NCBI RefSeq assembly: GCF_009914755.1
Contig: NC_060930.1
Origin: the human T2T-CHM13v2.0 reference genome, Homo sapiens
Direction: 5' to 3' (one strand)
DNA: 64,000 nt
Shown: positions 24,120 through 43,450 of the stretch, piece by piece
Layout of the letters: every line of letters begins with the position of its first letter
Numbering within the stretch: the first letter of the stretch is position 1
The notes under the pieces: generated by a model
Database searches by the model: none
The model's input: only the letters and a program-made list of their open reading frames with translations
Told to the model about the DNA's origin: nothing
Program-made: the position numbers and the translations under genes

Positions 24120-24425
24120 TTTTTTTTTTTTTTTTTTTTTGAGATGGAGTCTTGCTCTGTCACCCAGGCTGGAGTGCAGTGGCGCAATCTTGGCTGACTG
24201 CAAGCTCCGCCTCCCGGGTTTATACCATTCTCCTGCCTCAGCCTCCCGAGTAGCTGAGACCACAGGCTCCCGCCACCAGCCCAGCTAATTTTTTTTTTTG
24301 CATTTTTAGTAGAGATGGGGTTTCACCGTGTTAGCCAGGATGGTCTCGATCTCCTGACGTCGTGATCTGCCCGCCTCGGCCTCCCAAAGTGCTGGGATTA
24401 CAAGCGTGAGCCCCCATGCCCAGCC
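24120..24425 (-). mobile_element. AluY-like
   Basis: gcaagctccgcctcccggg and accgtgttagccaggatggtctcgatctcc; long poly-T. Confidence 0.95.
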
Positions 24426-25029
24426 GAATTTAATTTTATTCCCTTTATTGATGCTATGATACATTATCCAATAAAAAGCCCAAAGGAACAAATATGCAAA
24501 GAGTGTGCATCCAGGGCACAACTTCCCCAGCCACGCTGTTCCTCTGTCCACAAGGCAGAGTCTTGGGTGGTCTTTCCGGGATATTCCATCTATATGTAAA
24601 CAATGTGGCTGTATCCTGATAGCTTTGCTTTTTCAACTTCACTGCTTTCTACAGGGATCAGGGAGATCTCGCCCACATGAGGCATCTCATGTCTGTGTAG
24701 CGGCTCAGATTACGAACATATTTTTTGTGTTTCCCTTTGGTTTCAGTCATTTGCCATCGTCATTGTGAACCTCACCAATAAAACAGAAGGTGCTTTTGAC
24801 TTCTGCCATGTCTGATTGTTCAGCTCCAGGGTGGCTATTGATACAGAGCCTTGCACATTCCACAACCTCAAATATTAGAACTCCTGCCATGGGTCTTGCT
24901 TGCCCTTCATTCTTGCTGGTCAGCAGTCATTTTTGGGTCCCCATTAACCTTCCTTCTTGAAATTTCTTTGACTATACTCTTGGTTATCCTGTTCCCTGAG
25001 TCCCATGTATTTATTTTTGTTCATTTATT

Positions 25030-25490
25030 TACCTTATTTGGTGGAGCACGTTTCCATTACCTTAAGAAAGTGTCTGAAAAAATGTTTTTCTTCTACCTTC
25101 CTCCTCAATAGATAGTTTGGCTAGGAATAGAATTTTAGATTAAAAAATGGTTTTCCTTTGGAATTTTGAAAGTATTATTTCTTTGCAATCTACCTCCCAA
25201 TGTTGTTGCTGGGAAAAAAGAAAGCTAAATTCTAATTCCCATCCCTTCCTTGTCACCTGTGGATGCTGTCGCTGCTGCTGTTTTCTTTTCTTTCAGAAAG
25301 CTTGTAGGATCTTACTTCATCCTCACCATTTTGAAATGTCAGTGATTTGGGCTGATATGAAACTATTTTCATTGATTGTTTTGGACTTAGTGTCTCCTTC
25401 AATCTAGAAACTCATTCTAGGGAATTATTAAAAATCTTACACTGATGTTTTCTCTTCTCTATTTCCTCAATTTCTTTTTGGAAATCAGGA
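25030..25490 (-). mobile_element. Old L1M (ORF1-region) fragment
   Basis: gatagtttggctaggaatagaattttag...ttttcctttggaattttgaaagtatt. Confidence 0.55.
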
Positions 25491-26200
25491 CATTTATTAA
25501 GAATGTGAAGTGAGGATGGATGTGAGTGAAAAGTATCCAATAAAACCCCACTACAAGCATATAGCTTTTGGACATTTTTCCATGTATAGGTAAATATTTA
25601 TTTTCCAGAATGAGATTATAAAAAAGATTGTTTTGTGATTGTCTTTCTTAGCTTGTGAGTATATGCTCAACTTTACTGGGGAATATTTTAATGTTAATAC
25701 GAACATGTCATTTTCATTAGAAAATTTTCATTATATTCTGGTATATTATCATACAGTGAAAACTTCTAAAGGTGACTTTATTCGATACTTTTTTCCCAGT
25801 TAGAAACCTCATGGACAAAACAAGCCAGATAAGTCATAAATGAGGGACAGGTATGAAATAATTTATAAACAATCACACAGTGCTCAAGGGATAAACATGT
25901 CCCAAACTAAGTACTGAACAGTTCAATGTAGGGATGGTGATCTACAGAAAGCTCATATTTTCATTTCGAATTGACCTTATATGGAAGTAGGTATTTGAAA
26001 TTGAAAAATGCAATAATACATATGGCACAGGTTCTGGAAAAGAAGAAGCAAACAAAAACATTTGACTTCTATTTAGGAAAGCATGTTCCAGAAATCATGT
26101 CCTCTAAAGTAGTAAGAAATTATGTGTTCATGAGTCCAAATTGGGCTACTTCTGTAGGTGCTAAGTAAATGCTTGTTAAAAGAAATTATTAAAAAAGAAA

Positions 26201-26574
26201 TGTAGATTAGTTTGCTGGGGCTGCTCTAACAAATACCATAGTCTGAGTGGCTTGAACAATGGGAATTTATTTTCTCACCATTCTGGAAGATAGATATCTG
26301 AGACCCAGGTGTGGGCAGGGTTGGTTTCTCCTGAGGCCTCTCTCCTTGGCTTGTGGACAGCATCTTCTCCCTGTGTCCTTGCCCGGTCTTCCCTCTGTGC
26401 GTGTCTGTGTCCTCATCTCCTCTTCTGATGAGGACACCAGGCATACGGTATCAGGGTCCACCCCAATGACCTCATTTTAACTTAATTACCTCTTGAAAGG
26501 TATTCACATTCTGAAGTACAGGACGTTAAGACTTCAACACAGGAATTTTGAGGGACGCAATTCACCTCATGACA
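26201..26574 (-). mobile_element. MaLR LTR, MLT1A/B-like
   Basis: ggctgctctaacaaataccata...aatgacctcattttaacttaattacctc. Confidence 0.85.
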
Positions 26575-27089
26575 CAATGAATGAATTACGAAACCATGAG
26601 AAAAGTCAGAGGGGGAAGAAAACTCCTAGAAAGCTATTAACAAACTGAGCATTTCTTATAAAAGTGATTTTGCATTCCATGGTTTGATGAGATGGGGAGA
26701 TACGTTCAGAAGGGGTGGCTTGTCCCACCTGGGATTCCCTGAACCAAGCAAACCTAAGGAGGACTCTTGGCGACACTTGCCGCACCCCGTGTCTGTGTGT
26801 GGAAGACCCGCCCGACTACACAGACCACAAAACCATGCCTCATGAGCCCTCTCAGCTGGTGACGTGTTCAGGCCAGGCAAAATCAATAGAGTTACGTGTC
26901 TTGCCCCTGCAAGCTCCATTCTATATTTAGGCAACAGAAAATTGTCTTTGCCCTCACTCGGCCATTGCGTCGTGTGAAACAACAGCTTACTTGAATTTTA
27001 GAAACTTGGCTTCTATCAGCTATTGGGATGCATATTTCCTGGTCCCCCACCCCGCCCTCACCAGCCACCACAGACCTGCCACGCCACTG

Positions 27090-27255
27090 TTCCCAAACAT
27101 GTCTGTGTCTTGGAATCACGTGGGTGTTTAAAGAGTCTGCTGCCTGCCTCTCCCAGCCCAGACATCCTGCTTCAATTAGTCTGCGGTTGTGGCCCAGCCA
27201 CGGGGATATTTTTAAAGCTCCCTAGGTGATTCCAATGAATTTGAGAACCCTATCT
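27090..27255. mobile_element. MER5A-like hAT MITE
   Basis: ttggaatcacgtggg...attttaaagctccctaggtgattccaatg...tttgagaacc. Confidence 0.65.
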
Positions 27256-27584
27256 CAGGCGAGTCTACATGAACTCCCTGCCATCCACTCTATAGCACTT
27301 ACTTTGTGACCAGCACTGCCCTAGTGATGACTGGTTACTACTGACTGTCCTCCCCACCGCACTGTAAGTTCTTTCAGAGCAGGGATGTCAGCTGCATTCT
27401 TCACTTTGAGGTACCCAAAGCCCCACAAATTCACTTATATAAGATATGAGGGTGATTAGGATAAACACATTTGTCCCCAGCCTCATCTTTTACAGGTGCA
27501 GGAGGTAGATCTAGTCCCAGGTGGCATGACAGACTTCAAAGCTTCAAAGCTTCAAAGCTTCTCCCTGTTACATTCCACTTTTTA

Positions 27585-27875
<291 letters not shown>

Positions 27876-28746
27876 AATTAGTTAATAATTTAAAGTTGGC
27901 TGACCAGTATTTTGGTATGCTTAGCAGGAGGGAAATGATATGAAATTAAAGAACTTTGAGATCCTTGGATATTTGGTGAAAATCTCAATCATCCTAGACT
28001 GTGGAACTCTAATTTCTCAGCTGAATTCTCAGTGTATTTTTGGCATATAATTTTTCAGTATAAATTTATACATACATAAAAAGATGCATTAGAAATTTAT
28101 ATTAGAAACCTTAAGATTTGTCAATTAATATATCTGTGATGAAAGTCTATTAGAAATGAAAATGTAGATTGCAGCTGGGACTATTACAGTTCTTTTTTAA
28201 TTTTTTAATTTTTAAAATTCTTTAAAATGTTTTAGAGAAGAAATAAATCCACTAAACAATCCACAAAGAAAGCCGTCTGTCTTAAAGTTTCCCATGTTCA
28301 TAAAACCCCTGAAATGTGTAGTTTTTCTTTGGTAATTTAATTTCTGCTGTCTCTGTCCATCCATTTGTGATTAATCATAGATTTATTTTATCTTATTATT
28401 TCAATAGTTTTTGGGGAACAGGTGGTGTTTGGTTACATGGATTTCTTTAGGTGTGATTTCTGAGATTTTGTTGCACTCATCACCCAAGCAGTGTATACTG
28501 CACCCTATTTGTAGTCTTTTATCACTCACCTGCCTCCCACCCTTTCTCCAAAGTCCCCAGAGTCCATTATATCATTCTTATGCCTTTGCATCCTCATAGT
28601 TTAGCCCCTACTTTTAAGTGAGAACATACAATGTTTGGTTTTCCATTCCTGAGTTAATTCACTTAGAATAATGGTCGCCAAGTCCATCCAGGTTGCTGCG
28701 AATGCCATTATTTTGTTCCTTTTCAAGGCTGGATAGTATTCTGTGG

Positions 28747-29044
28747 TGTATATATATATACATATATATACACTATATATATATACATATATATACACAC
28801 ACCATGTGTGTATATGTATATATATACACACATACCATATATATATATACACATACCATATATATGTGTGTGTGTGTATATATATATATACCATGGTGTG
28901 TGTATGTATATATATACACACACATATATATATAGGCATTTATATGTATGTGTATATATATATATATGGGCATTTATATGTGTGTATATATATAAAAGGT
29001 GTGTGTGTATATATATATGGGGTGTGTGTGTGTATATATATATA
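28747..29044. repeat. Compound (TA)n/(TG)n/(CA)n microsatellite expanded inside the L1
   Basis: About 300 bp of dinucleotide runs interrupting the L1 at 'ctgtggtgtata'. Confidence 0.95.
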
Positions 29045-31657
29045 GATCACGTTTTCTTTATCGACTTGTTGGTTGATGGGCATTTAGGCTGGTTCCACAT
29101 CTTTGCAATTGCAAATTTTGCTGCTATAAATATGCATGTGCAAGTGTCTTTTTCCTATAATGACTTCTCTTCCTCAGTACTGGGATTGCTGGATCAAATA
29201 GTAGTTCTACTTTTAGTTCTTTAAAGAATCTCCACACTGGTTTCCATAGTGGCTGTACTAGTTTACATTCCCATCAGCAGTGTAGAAGTCTTCCCTGTTC
29301 ACCACATCTATGCTGACATCTATTATTTTTTGATTTTTCAATTATGGCCATTCTTGCAGGAGTAAGGTGGTACTGCATTGTGGTTTTGATTTGCATTTCT
29401 CTGATAATTAGTGAGGTTGAGCATTTTTTTCATATGCCTATTGGCCATTTGTGTATCTTCTTTTGAGAATTGTCCATTCATGTCCTTAGCCCACTTTTTG
29501 ATGGGATTATTTGTTTTTTTCTTCCTGATTTGTTTGAGTTCTTTGTAGATTCTGAATATTAGTCCTTTGTTGAATGCATGATTTGTGAATATTTTCTCCC
29601 ACTCTGTGTATTGTCTGTTTTCTCTGCTGATTATTTATTTTGTTGTGCAGAAGTTTTTAGTTTAATTAAGTCCCATCTATTTATCTTTGTTTTTGTTGCA
29701 TTTGTTTTTGAGTTCTTGGTCACGAACTCTTTGCCTAGGCCAATGTCTAGAAGAGTTTTGTTCTTCTGATATTGTGTTCTAGAATGTTTATAGTTTCAGG
29801 TCTTGGATTTAAGTCTTTGATCCATCTTGAGTTGATTTTTGCATAAACTGAGAGATGAGGATCCAGTTTCATTCTTCTACATGTAGCTTGCCAATTATTC
29901 CAGCACCATTTGTTGAATAGGGTGTCCTTTCCCCACTTTATGTTTTTGTTTGCTTTGTTGAATATCAATTGTCTGTAAGTATTTGGCTTTATTTCTGGGC
30001 TCTCTATTTTGTTCCATTGGTCTACACGCCTGTTTTTACACCAGTGCCATGCTGTTTTGGTAACTATAGCCTTGTAGCATAGTTTAAAGTCAGGTAATGT
30101 GATGCCTCCTGATTTGTTCTTTTTGCTAAGTATTGCTTTGGCTATGTGGGCTCTGTTTTTGTTGTATATGAATTTTAGGATTGTTTTTTCTAGTTCTGTG
30201 AAGAATGATGATAGTATTTTAATGGGAATTGCCTTGAATTTATAGATTGCTTTTGGTGGTATGATCATTTTCACAATATTGATCCTACCCACCCATGAGC
30301 AAGGGATGTCTTTCCATTTGTTTGTGTTGTCTATGATTTCTTTCAGCAGTGCTTTGTAGTTTTTCTTGTAGACATCTTTTACCTCTTTGGTTAGGTATAT
30401 CCCCAAGTATTTTATTTTTTGGAGCTTTGTAAAAGGAGTTCCATAGCTTTTGTAAAAGGGGGTTTGTAGCTTTTGATAAAGGGGTTGAGTTTTTGATTTG
30501 GTTCTCAGCTTGGTCACTGTTGGTGTATAGAAGTGCTACTGATTTGTGTACATTGATTTTGTATCCTGAAACTTTACTGAACTCATTTATCAGATCTAGG
30601 ACCTATTTGGATGAGTCTTTAGGGTTTTCTAGGTATATGATCATATGATCAGCAAACAGCAACAGTTTGACTTCCTATTTATCAATTTGGATGCCCCTTA
30701 TTTCTTTCTCTTGTCTTATTGCTCTGGCTAGAACTTCAAGCAAGTAGAAAAAAGAACTTCAAAGAAGTTCTAGAATGATTTAGGGAGGATTTCATCTTTC
30801 TCTATCTTTTGGAATAGTTTCAGTAGGATTGGTCCCAATTCTTCTTTGAATGCCTGATAGAATTCAGCCATGAATCCATCTGGTCCTGGACTTTTTGTGT
30901 TTGCAGTTTTTAAAAATTACTGTTTCAATCTTGCCACTTCTTATTGGTCTGTTCAGAGTTTTTGTTTCTTTCTGGCTTAATCTAGCAGGGTTGTATATTT
31001 CCAGGAATTTATCCATCTATTCTAGATTTTCTAGTTTGTGCACATAAAGGTGTTCATGGCAGCCTTGAAGGAGCTTTTGTATTTCTGTAGTATTGAATGT
31101 AATAGCTCCGATTTCATTTCTAATTGAGCATATTTGGATCATGTCTCTTCTTTTCTTGGTTAATCTCACTAATGATCTATTGATTTTATCTTTTCAAAGA
31201 ACAAAATTTTGTTTCATTTATCTTTTATTTTTTATGTTTCAATTTCATTTAGTTCTTCCCTGATCTTTGTTATTTCTTTTCTTCTGCTAGATTTGGGTTT
31301 GATTTGTTCTTGTTCCTCTAGTTCCTTGAAGTGTGAGCTTAGATTGTCTATTTGTTCTCTGGATTCAGACTTTTTGATGTGGGCATTTAGTGCCATCAAC
31401 TTTCCTCTTAGTCTCGCTTTTGCTGTATCCCAAAGGTTTTGATTAGTTGTGTCACTATTATCATTCAGTTTAAAGAATTTTTAAATTTCTATCTTGATTT
31501 CATTGTTGACTCAAGGATCACTCAAGAGCATGTTATTTAACTTCAATTTATTTGTATAGTTTTGGAGATTCCTTTTGGAGTTAATTTCCAATTTTATTCC
31601 ACTGTGGTCTGAGAGAGTGCTTGATTAATTTCAATTTTCTTAAATTGATTGAGGCTT

Positions 31658-32021
<364 letters not shown>

Positions 32022-35000
32022 TGATGATAAAAAGAATGTATGTTCTGCAGTTGTTGGGTAGAATGTTCTGTAAATATTTGTTAAGTCCATTTGTTTTAGG
32101 GTGTAGTTTAAGTCCATTGTTTCTTTGTTGACTTTCTGTCTTGATGACCTGTCTAGAGCTGTCAGTGGAGTGTTGAAGTCCCCCACTATTATTGTGTTGC
32201 TATCTCATTTCTTAGGTCTAGTAGAGCTCCAGTGTTAGGTGCATATATATTTAAGATTGTGATATTTTCCTATTGGACTAATCTTTTTATCATTATATAA
32301 TATCCCTCTTTATCTTTTTTTTTTAACTGTTGTTGCCTTAAAGTGCTTTTTGTCTGATGTAAGAAGAGCTACTCCTGCTTGCTTTTGGTGTCCATTTGCA
32401 TGGATTATCTTTTTGCACTCCTTTACCTTAAGTTTATGTGAGTCCCTATGTGTTAGGTGAGCCTCTTGAAGACAGTAGATACTTGGTTGGTGGATTGTTA
32501 TCCATTCTGCCATTCTGTATCTTTTAAGTGGAGCTCTTAGACCATTTACATTCAATGCTAGTATTGAGATGTGAGGTACTGTTCCATTCATCATGCTAGT
32601 TGTTGCCTGAGTACCTTGCTTCTTTTTCATTGTGTTATTATATTATAGGTCCTGTGAGATTTATGTTTTAAGAAGGTTCTATTTTGGTGTATTTTGCAGT
32701 TTTGTTTCAAGATTTAGGATTCCTTTTAAGCATTTCTTGTAGTGCTGACTTGTTTGTGGTGAATTCTCTCAGCATTTGTTTGTCTGAAAACCTCTCCTTC
32801 ATTTATGAAGCTTAGTTTTACTGGATACAAAATTCTTGGCTGATAATTATTTTGTTTAAGGAAGCTAAAGATAGGATCCCAATCCCTTCTGGCTTGCACA
32901 GTTTCTGCTGAGAAATCTGCTGTTAATCTGATAGGTTTTCCTTTATAGTTTACCTGATGCTTTTGCCTCACAGCTCTTAATATTCTTTCCTTTGTCTTGA
33001 CTTTAGATAACCTGATTACTATGTGTCTAGGTGATGATCTTTTTGCGATGAATTTCCTGGGTGTTCTTTGAGCTGCTTGTATTTGTACGTCCAGAATTCT
33101 AGCAAGACCAGGGAAATTTTCCTTGATTATTACCTCAAGTAAGTTTTCCAAACTTTTAGATTTCTCTTCTTCCTCAGGAACACCAGTTAAATGTTTGTTC
33201 ATTTAACATAATCCCAAATTTCTTAGAGGCTTTTTTCATTAAATTTTTTTTCTTTTTCTTTGTCAGATTGGGTTAGTTCAAAAGCCATGTCTGCAAGCTT
33301 TGAAGTTCTTTCTTCTACTCCTTTGATTCTATTGTTGAATCTTTTCAGTGTATTTTGCATTTCTCTAAGTGTGTCTTTCATGTCCAGAAGTTATGATTGT
33401 CTTTTCCTTATGATATCTATTTCTCTGGATACTTTTTCTTCCATATCTGGTATTGCTTTTTAATTTTCTTTAAGTTGCTTTTCACCTTTCCCTGGTGCTT
33501 CCTGGAGTAGCTTAATAATCAACCTTCTGAATTCTTTTCCTGGCAATTTGGAAATTTCTTCTTGGTTTGGGTTCATTGCTGGAGAGCTAATGTGATCTTC
33601 TGGGGGTGTTACAGAACCTTGTTTTGTCATATTATCATAATTAGTTTTCTGGTTCCGTTTCAATTGAGTAGACTTTCAGTGGAATGATCTGAAACTCAAC
33701 GGCTGCTTTTCAGATTATTTTGTCCCATGGGGTGATCCCTTGATGTGGTGCTCTCCCCCTTCCTCTAGGGACAGGGCTTCCTAAGAGCCAGACTGCAGCA
33801 ACTGTTATTGTCCTCTGGATCTAGCCATCTAGTGGGGGCTACTGGGCTCCAGGCTGGTGCTGGGGAAGGTCTGCAAAGAGGTAAGGCCAGGAAGGGCTTC
33901 CCTTGGCTCAAGCTGGAGATCAGGAGTGCCTACTGCTGATCTTCCCACCGCTTCTTCTACTGCTATATTTTGCTGGGCTCCCTAAATCAATTTCAGCTCT
34001 AAGTAAGGTTAAATCTTTCCCCATGATCTGGAATTTCAGGTTCTCCATTGGGGAAGTAAGTTCAGAGGCCAACTTTTCCCCCTCTCACTCTTAGGGAACT
34101 CACAGTTTTTCGACTGTCTCACAGTGTTTGCAATGGCAAGCCACTTTTTTCAAAGGCTCTTTGAATTCTTTTGGTTTTCCTGGTATGTTCCTGTGGTGGT
34201 TCTTGGAGCAAAAGTTCACAATGTGAGTCTCCAAACACTGTTCTGTTCAACTAAGTGGGAGCTGCACATTAGTCCTGTCTCCTATCCACCATTTTTTCCT
34301 ACAACCCTATTATGGTGCTTATCTTCAAAATTTCTTATGGGTATAAAAAGAAACAATGCATCTGATTTGCTTAGCACAGTTCCTGCTTTTATGGTAAGAG
34401 TAAAAGGAATCCTGACCAAGTTACACATCTAAATGGAATACAATTTTATAGGGGCCTTTTTGAAAACCCTGCCTCCTCTCTGTCCGCACCCACTTCCTCC
34501 ACTCAAAGGAGTTAGCAGGTGCTTCTGTTTCCTCCCGGAGATGTTATGGATCTCTTTTTGTTACTCTAAATTAACAAGGTATGCACAGGCCTTTGCATTC
34601 GATTGTAAACGGGCCTGGTGCTCTTTGGGGATTAGTTCTATTTCTTTTGTGGTCTATTTAAAGGTTCTCCTTTTCTAAAGTTAGTTTTGGCATTTCATAT
34701 GTTCCAGAAGAATCATCCATTCCAGTTTATTACATTTTCCAAATTTATTTGCATAGAGTTAAGCAAAGTTATTTTATAATTTTCTAAGAAACATTCTATT
34801 TATTCTTTAAAAGATAATTCCTAGGACATGTTACACAATGTGACAGATATAAAATTATATGCTCTACAAAAATCAGTCTGCTTCTAACATTGTTCCTCAA
34901 CCACTTAAGAGTCCTTCATGGGAATCATCACTATAAACAGCTTATTTTGTAAGCTGACAAAAATGTTCAATTCAGCTGGCTTATAATATCCCCATAAGTA

Positions 35001-36800
35001 CAGTTGTAATATCATATTCTATGTCACAGGTTTGAATTCAGAAAATATAGCCACTTCATTGTTCACTCTTAAGTTGCTAATTCACAAAGAAATTGCATGT
35101 CCACTTTGCCCTGTAAAAATTCAAGTTATACACCAATCGTTGTATATCTCCCCAGTCCTGTTCCCCAAGGTCACCAGCAACTTGAGGGCTTCTAATTAAA
35201 GACTGAAGCTCAGATGGCAATTCAGGGAAATTAAGAACTTTGCTCAACTCTATGCACGGCAGAATTATTTGTTTTTGTTAATCCTTTGGCCAAACAAATG
35301 TTTAACAAGGATTTAATATTGAAAAAAAAGAAGAAAAAGCCAGCAGAGAAGAATGAAGCACCAGGTCCCTTCTATGTGCAAAACCCTGTATCGCCCTTCG
35401 GATCCTGCATAAGTCACCAGAATGGCTTAGCATTAGTGGGAGTTAGGACATAATATTTCCTGCTTATGAGTACTTGGCACACACTATTATATAATAAATG
35501 CATCTGACCAGAGATTCTAAACTGTCAATGTGCAGGAAGATTGAGAGTCAAAGACTTAAAGGGTGATTAGTTACAACAGAATACACATTAATAAATTCAA
35601 AGTAAAGTAGAGAAATGGGAGGAGTGCGCAGTGAAGGCTGGGAAGAGAGTGGAAGTGATCTCCTTAGTTTTTGGTCAGTTACCAGAGGCTTTGAATGCTT
35701 TTATTCCGGCAGTGTGTTAGTGGAGTTAGTACTGCAGACGATTCCAGGAGTACCTTTCAGACTCTTAGGCTTTTTCTGCCTTTAGTTAATTGTTTTATAA
35801 CTTGCTTGATTTCTTTTTTTACTGGATGTGTTGTATGACAAATTTGGAAATACATCAAATTGGTTTTTCTCTTTGCTTCTCTAAAATTTTTTTTGAAGGG
35901 ATCCACTTTTAGAGACAGCATGGAGAAACTTTGCCATTCTGTGCCAGTTCTGGTGATCAGCTTTTTAGTGCTCTTTCTAATGCTTTTCTAGAAAGCTCTC
36001 TACAGGCCTCTTCCTATGAGCTTCTTAGTGTCCAAAAATGTCTTTGAACACCCCACTCCTCAGCGCTGGAATGAGAAGTTACAGATGCTCTGTAATCTTC
36101 TGGATTTTTTTTTTTAACACAAAACATGTGTCAAGAGCTTTCCACTTGTCTGTCACATATTAACCTGGCTCTGAAAAATGCATCAGAACCCTTTGAACAT
36201 CTTGAATCTGGACAGTTACCTGGAGGTCAGCTCTGCAATGGACAAATCTCACAAACTTTGGTGCTCCCTATAGCTCTTTGACACCAAACCAAGTTCTCCA
36301 GAGCTCCATATGTGAAGTGCCTATTTTCAAATTTTAGCCATTCATTTTTGAATATATTCATATAATTTAAAAAGTTACAGAAGGATGTAACAACAGAAAA
36401 TCTCCCTCCCACTCCTCTCCTTCTCAGCCAGTTCCCTTCTATGTGCAAAATCCCATATCACCCTTTGGATCCTGCATAAGTCACCAGAATGGCTTTGTAA
36501 GAGGCACTGAAATTCTGGGCTACTGTAGGAACCCAGGTATTCTTACAGCCATAATTCCCTGCTAGGGCTGTACATAGAAACACCTGCACAGCTTTAAGGC
36601 AGATACTCAGTTGCCACTGCATATATTAAAACGGGCCTGAGCATGCCATGTAGAGTTGTGGTAGAAAAGCCTTGCGCCATAGTCCCAACATCTCCTGTAA
36701 ACCCAGAAATCAAATTGGTATAGAGTGTGTGATATGCTGATGGACCATACAAAGGCCGGCCACCAGAGGAGGGTTCTCAGTTCTCAGTATGTCCGGGTAG

Positions 36801-37214
<414 letters not shown>

Positions 37215-37254
37215 CAGGTTACTTTTAGTACAAACAGTTATGCCAGACATTTTT

Positions 37255-37460
37255 AATTTTGTAGCACAAATACTGTGTGCCAGGGACTATCCAAGTATTA
37301 TTTTTAATCCTTACAACCACCCCATGAGGTTAGGCATTCATATTTTTATTTTAGAAGTGAGGAGACTGAGGCTAGGAGAGAGAAAGTCGCTTGCTCAATT
37401 TCATACTGCCTGGAAATGGCAAATTTCAGGGTGAAACCCAAACCCATCTGGTCAAAGTAT
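37255..37460 (-). mobile_element. MIR
   Basis: tttaatccttacaaccaccccatgagg...gaggagactgaggct. Confidence 0.75.
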
Positions 37461-37548
37461 GGCCCCTGCATGTCACTGGGCTGCTCTGCTCTTTACAAAG
37501 AGGCACTGGCTTAAAAGAGGTGCAGTGGAGAAAAACGAAGAAGATTTA

Positions 37549-37986
<438 letters not shown>

Positions 37987-38062
37987 TTAGCTACAAGAAA
38001 GAACTTCCTGTGGTTAGGCTGTGGATGCTCTATCCGTTGTCATCATTAAGAACCATGTTTAT

Positions 38063-38490
<428 letters not shown>

Positions 38491-39733
38491 TCATGTCTTG
38501 ATATTCTCATCTGGAAAAATGAGAGAAATATCCAAGTGGGAAAAAGGATGATTTTGAGGATAGAATAAAATGACACAGGCGAGTGCCTGGTGTGGGATCA
38601 GTGTGCATAAAGGCGAGCTCTCTGCCTTCTCATTTTGTAGAAGTTTGCAGGACTTCTTCAGATATCTCTTTCCTTTAAGAGTTAGTTCTAGATTACGTGG
38701 AAAGAGAATGAGATTTCTGGCAAAAAAAAATAAATTGTAAAAAGAGAATACAAATAATACAAAAACTGAAGGGAAAATTTAAAAAGTAATCTGTAAAAAG
38801 AAGATATAATACATGAAAACTGAAAAGCTAGATGCCACAGACCAGTGACACTGTAGTCCCACCCACAGATGAGGGGACAGAATCCTGCGACTTATTGGAA
38901 AGCCCACAGCTGGGCATGTTACCACCTCTCCCACATGGGTTTTGCCTGTGTGCACAGGTGTCTGCACACATCACGACTAGCAGTTTGAGCGGGAGCTTTT
39001 GATGTCCTCTTCCGTATCTTGGTATCCCTCTGTCTATGACAGTTTATCTGGCGCTAACCAAGCTACAGTCACCCTAGTAACTTTACTTAATTCAATATTT
39101 TGGTGTTTTCTAAACATACAAAACATGTTCTAACAGTGAAGATTCATGATTCAGTGACTCTGCCCCAAAGCTTTAGGCTAACTTTTGCATGTGGCACAAG
39201 CTTATGAAGACACAGCTTAGGAGCAGGGTGGGGCTGGCAAGTAAAACCTAATTGGGTATGCTTTATTGAATAGCTTCATTTTGTTTAAAAAGAGGGTTTT
39301 AGGCCAGATTATAATGACAGTGATCTATTCAACTTATGTACAAAAGTGTTTCAGGTGGCACTAATAGACTTAAAGCATTTTGCATTCTATATTTAGGGTA
39401 CTGTTCCTTACAGAGATGCAATCTTAAGCTCAGATTGGGTGCAGCTCTTCTTCTACCGGGATGTGAAGTACAGCAATTCAGTGCTTCAAATATATTGCGG
39501 CAGTAACGTTTCTGAGCATTTTGAGTAATTATTATTTCACGGCTGTCATTTCAGTGTTTCTTGGGGTTTTAATTGTTTTACTTTTGGGGTGTTGAATAAA
39601 CTCAAGCCATGCTCATTGCTGTCCAAAGTTAATCACTGCCAAAATACACCTCAGCATCACATGTCCGCTTGCCCCAGGATGTTGCCAGAAGCATTGAATG
39701 TGACCTGCAGACAGAAGTGAGTTAAAAGTTTCC

Positions 39734-42624
<2,891 letters not shown>

Positions 42625-43059
42625 CTTACACACCTTACCACCTAGCATGAAGTAGAAGCTCAAAGTCTGAGCACTGAATGAATAGAATCAAAACCAGCTG
42701 TCAACGTCTCAATCCCCTGCTAATAATCTGTTACATTCCTTTTTCAAGGAATTTACTCATTTATGCAATTTTAATCAGTTCTTCCAAATTTTCCCTATTC
42801 CCATCTAAAATGACCTATGTGGATATTTGTGACAGGTTGGGTTCTCCAAAACCAGGCTGCCTCAGGATGGCGGGACACCCAGGGAGGCAGACCTTGAAGG
42901 AGTTGGCAGCTGGAGAGTGTGTGCCCTCATTCCCCACACTGGGAAGCAAATCCTTTCCTGAAGGGAGGCCTGGCAGAGCATCTCCACTCCTATTACAGCA
43001 TTTTACCTACTTTACACCTTCATCCAAGGCAGAAGTGTAACTGTCTCCCAGGAGCTCAT

Positions 43060-43400
43060 AACTTTCCATTTGTTTTTGGTGTCATATATAAGAATCCTTT
43101 GCAAAATCTAAGGTAATGAAGACTTATCCCTATGTTTTCTTTTAGTATTTCTATGGTTTTAGCTCTTAAATTTGGGTCGTTAATCCATTTTGAGTCAATT
43201 TTTGCACATGGTGTGAGGTACAGGTCCAATTCCATTCTTCTGTATTGGCTATCCAGTTGTTCTATATCATTTTTTGGAAAGACTCTTCTTGCCCTCATTG
43301 AATGGTCTTGTGACAGTTGTCAAAAATTTTTTGACTATAGATTTATCGGTTTATTTCTGAACTCTCAATTCTATTGCATTGATCTATATGTCTACCTATG
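43060..43400 (-). mobile_element. L1MB-type ORF2 fragment, antisense
   Basis: ORF 43056-43298 contains LDLYLTPCAKIDSKWI. Confidence 0.75.
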
Positions 43401-43450
43401 AATTGAGGAACAAAAAAGATATAAGACATATAGAAAACAAAAATCAACGT

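Noticed and set aside
28601-29224. Y/I/H/T/V/C-rich ORFs (also 48400-49291 and 63810-63998)
   Set aside because: Translation artefacts of dinucleotide and tetranucleotide repeats.
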